A stretch of 64,000 bases of DNA from positions 96,001 through 160,000 of the IMG/VR virus record IMGVR_UViG_3300028735_000004; one strand, written 5' to 3'. The translations under genes and the position numbers were made by a program. Each line of letters starts with the position of its first letter. The first letter of the stretch is position 1. This DNA comes from a virus (taxonomy: Duplodnaviria > Caudoviricetes). The notes under the pieces are model-generated. The model was given only the letters and a program-made list of their open reading frames with translations, was not told where the DNA came from and did no database searches. Shown in pieces: positions 63,199 to 64,000 of this stretch.

Positions 63199-64000
63199 TC
63201 AGGCGCCGATAACTACTGATTTATTACCCTTTGCAACTCCGCGTGGATTTACGATGCCAATGCCGATGATTTCATTGACTACCCATCCTAATTTTAATTG
63301 TTTTGGTTCGTCAGCTGGTAATACTTCGATGTCTTGACGAATTGGCATTACGCCTACGAAATCTGGATCTGCAGCGGCATATACTGTTCCTGGTGGAACG
63401 ATTTTGCTTACAAGGATATCTGCGCCCCAGATACGAGCATAAAGACCTGTTTGGAGGATTTCGCGTTGTGTGACTGGATCTACATCGCCGCCACCTACGC
63501 CTTGACCACCACCAGAACCCCATTGGAGAATATCGTTGAATTCATTGATATTCATAAAGAATTTGCTGGTTACTAAGTCCCAACGATCTACTTGGCGTTT
63601 GAGAGCCGCTAAATCGCGTTTTAATAGACCTGAATCAGCAATATCTTGTGCTGTATTTTCGATACCAGCAGCTGCATCAACGGCCGCGAAGACGTTAGCA
63701 TCTTCTTGAGCCATAATTTCTTGACGAGCTTTTTGAACTGCACGGTCGATTACATTGAATCTGCGACGTTTTACTTCTGCTAAACGAACTGTTGGATTTG
63801 AGTAAAGTTCGAATTCTGGAACTGTTACGCGATCACCAAAAACGCGGCTTTCTGGGCCTGAACCGTTTGAGGAAATAACGACGGCAGTTACATCAATATC
63901 GCGATCGTAAACTGGAAGCGCGCCTTGCGCTAATGGATCAACCGTTAACATTTTACGAGCAATTCCATGATAATCTAAGTTTCTACGAATTGGATTTGCC
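63199..64000 (-). CDS. Major capsid protein (HK97-type), 5' end outside the window
   Basis: Frame open to 64000 (ANPIRRNLDYHGIARKMLTVDP...); RAVQKARQEIMAQEDANVF, GLYARIWGADILVSKIVP, LGWVVNEIIGIGIVNP. Confidence 0.88.
   Translation of the reverse strand, partial: ANPIRRNLDYHGIARKMLTVDPLAQGALPVYDRDIDVTAVVISSNGSGPESRVFGDRVTVPEFELYSNPTVRLAEVKRRRFNVIDRAVQKARQEIMAQEDANVFAAVDAAAGIENTAQDIADSGLLKRDLAALKRQVDRWDLVTSKFFMNINEFNDILQWGSGGGQGVGGGDVDPVTQREILQTGLYARIWGADILVSKIVPPGTVYAAADPDFVGVMPIRQDIEVLPADEPKQLKLGWVVNEIIGIGIVNPRGVAKGNKSVVIGA

Overview
A very AT-rich morphogenesis region of a large myovirus-type (jumbo) bacteriophage, almost entirely on the minus strand. In transcription order (right to left) it contains: an HK97-type major capsid protein cut by the window end; HNH and LAGLIDADG homing endonucleases; two orphan DNA methyltransferases; a Thr-rich collagen-like fibre; and a ~12 kb coupled cluster for nucleotide-sugar synthesis, methylation and glycosyl transfer. 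That cluster encodes RmlB, a C-methyltransferase, a cupin, a Gfo/Idh/MocA reductase, GT4s and a GT2-TPR-MTase-GT4 fusion, plus a lone receiver domain and a patatin. Further left come CspA, tailspike-like genes, neck proteins, HExxH proteins, a lipoprotein-like GH18, fibres, and the tail sheath, tube, chaperones, tape measure, baseplate hub and spike. Main observations: (1) a probable phage-encoded virion glycosylation system next to a collagen-like fibre; (2) a tailspike gene with an inverted 1.27 kb interior bounded by a 6-bp inverted repeat, where flipping it back restores both junctions in frame; (3) a -1 frameshift signal with hairpin between the tail chaperone ORFs; (4) a DGY tripeptide strongly enriched in outer virion proteins; (5) about nine accessory genes carrying lesions while core genes are intact. 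All product calls come from motif recognition and synteny, not database searches.
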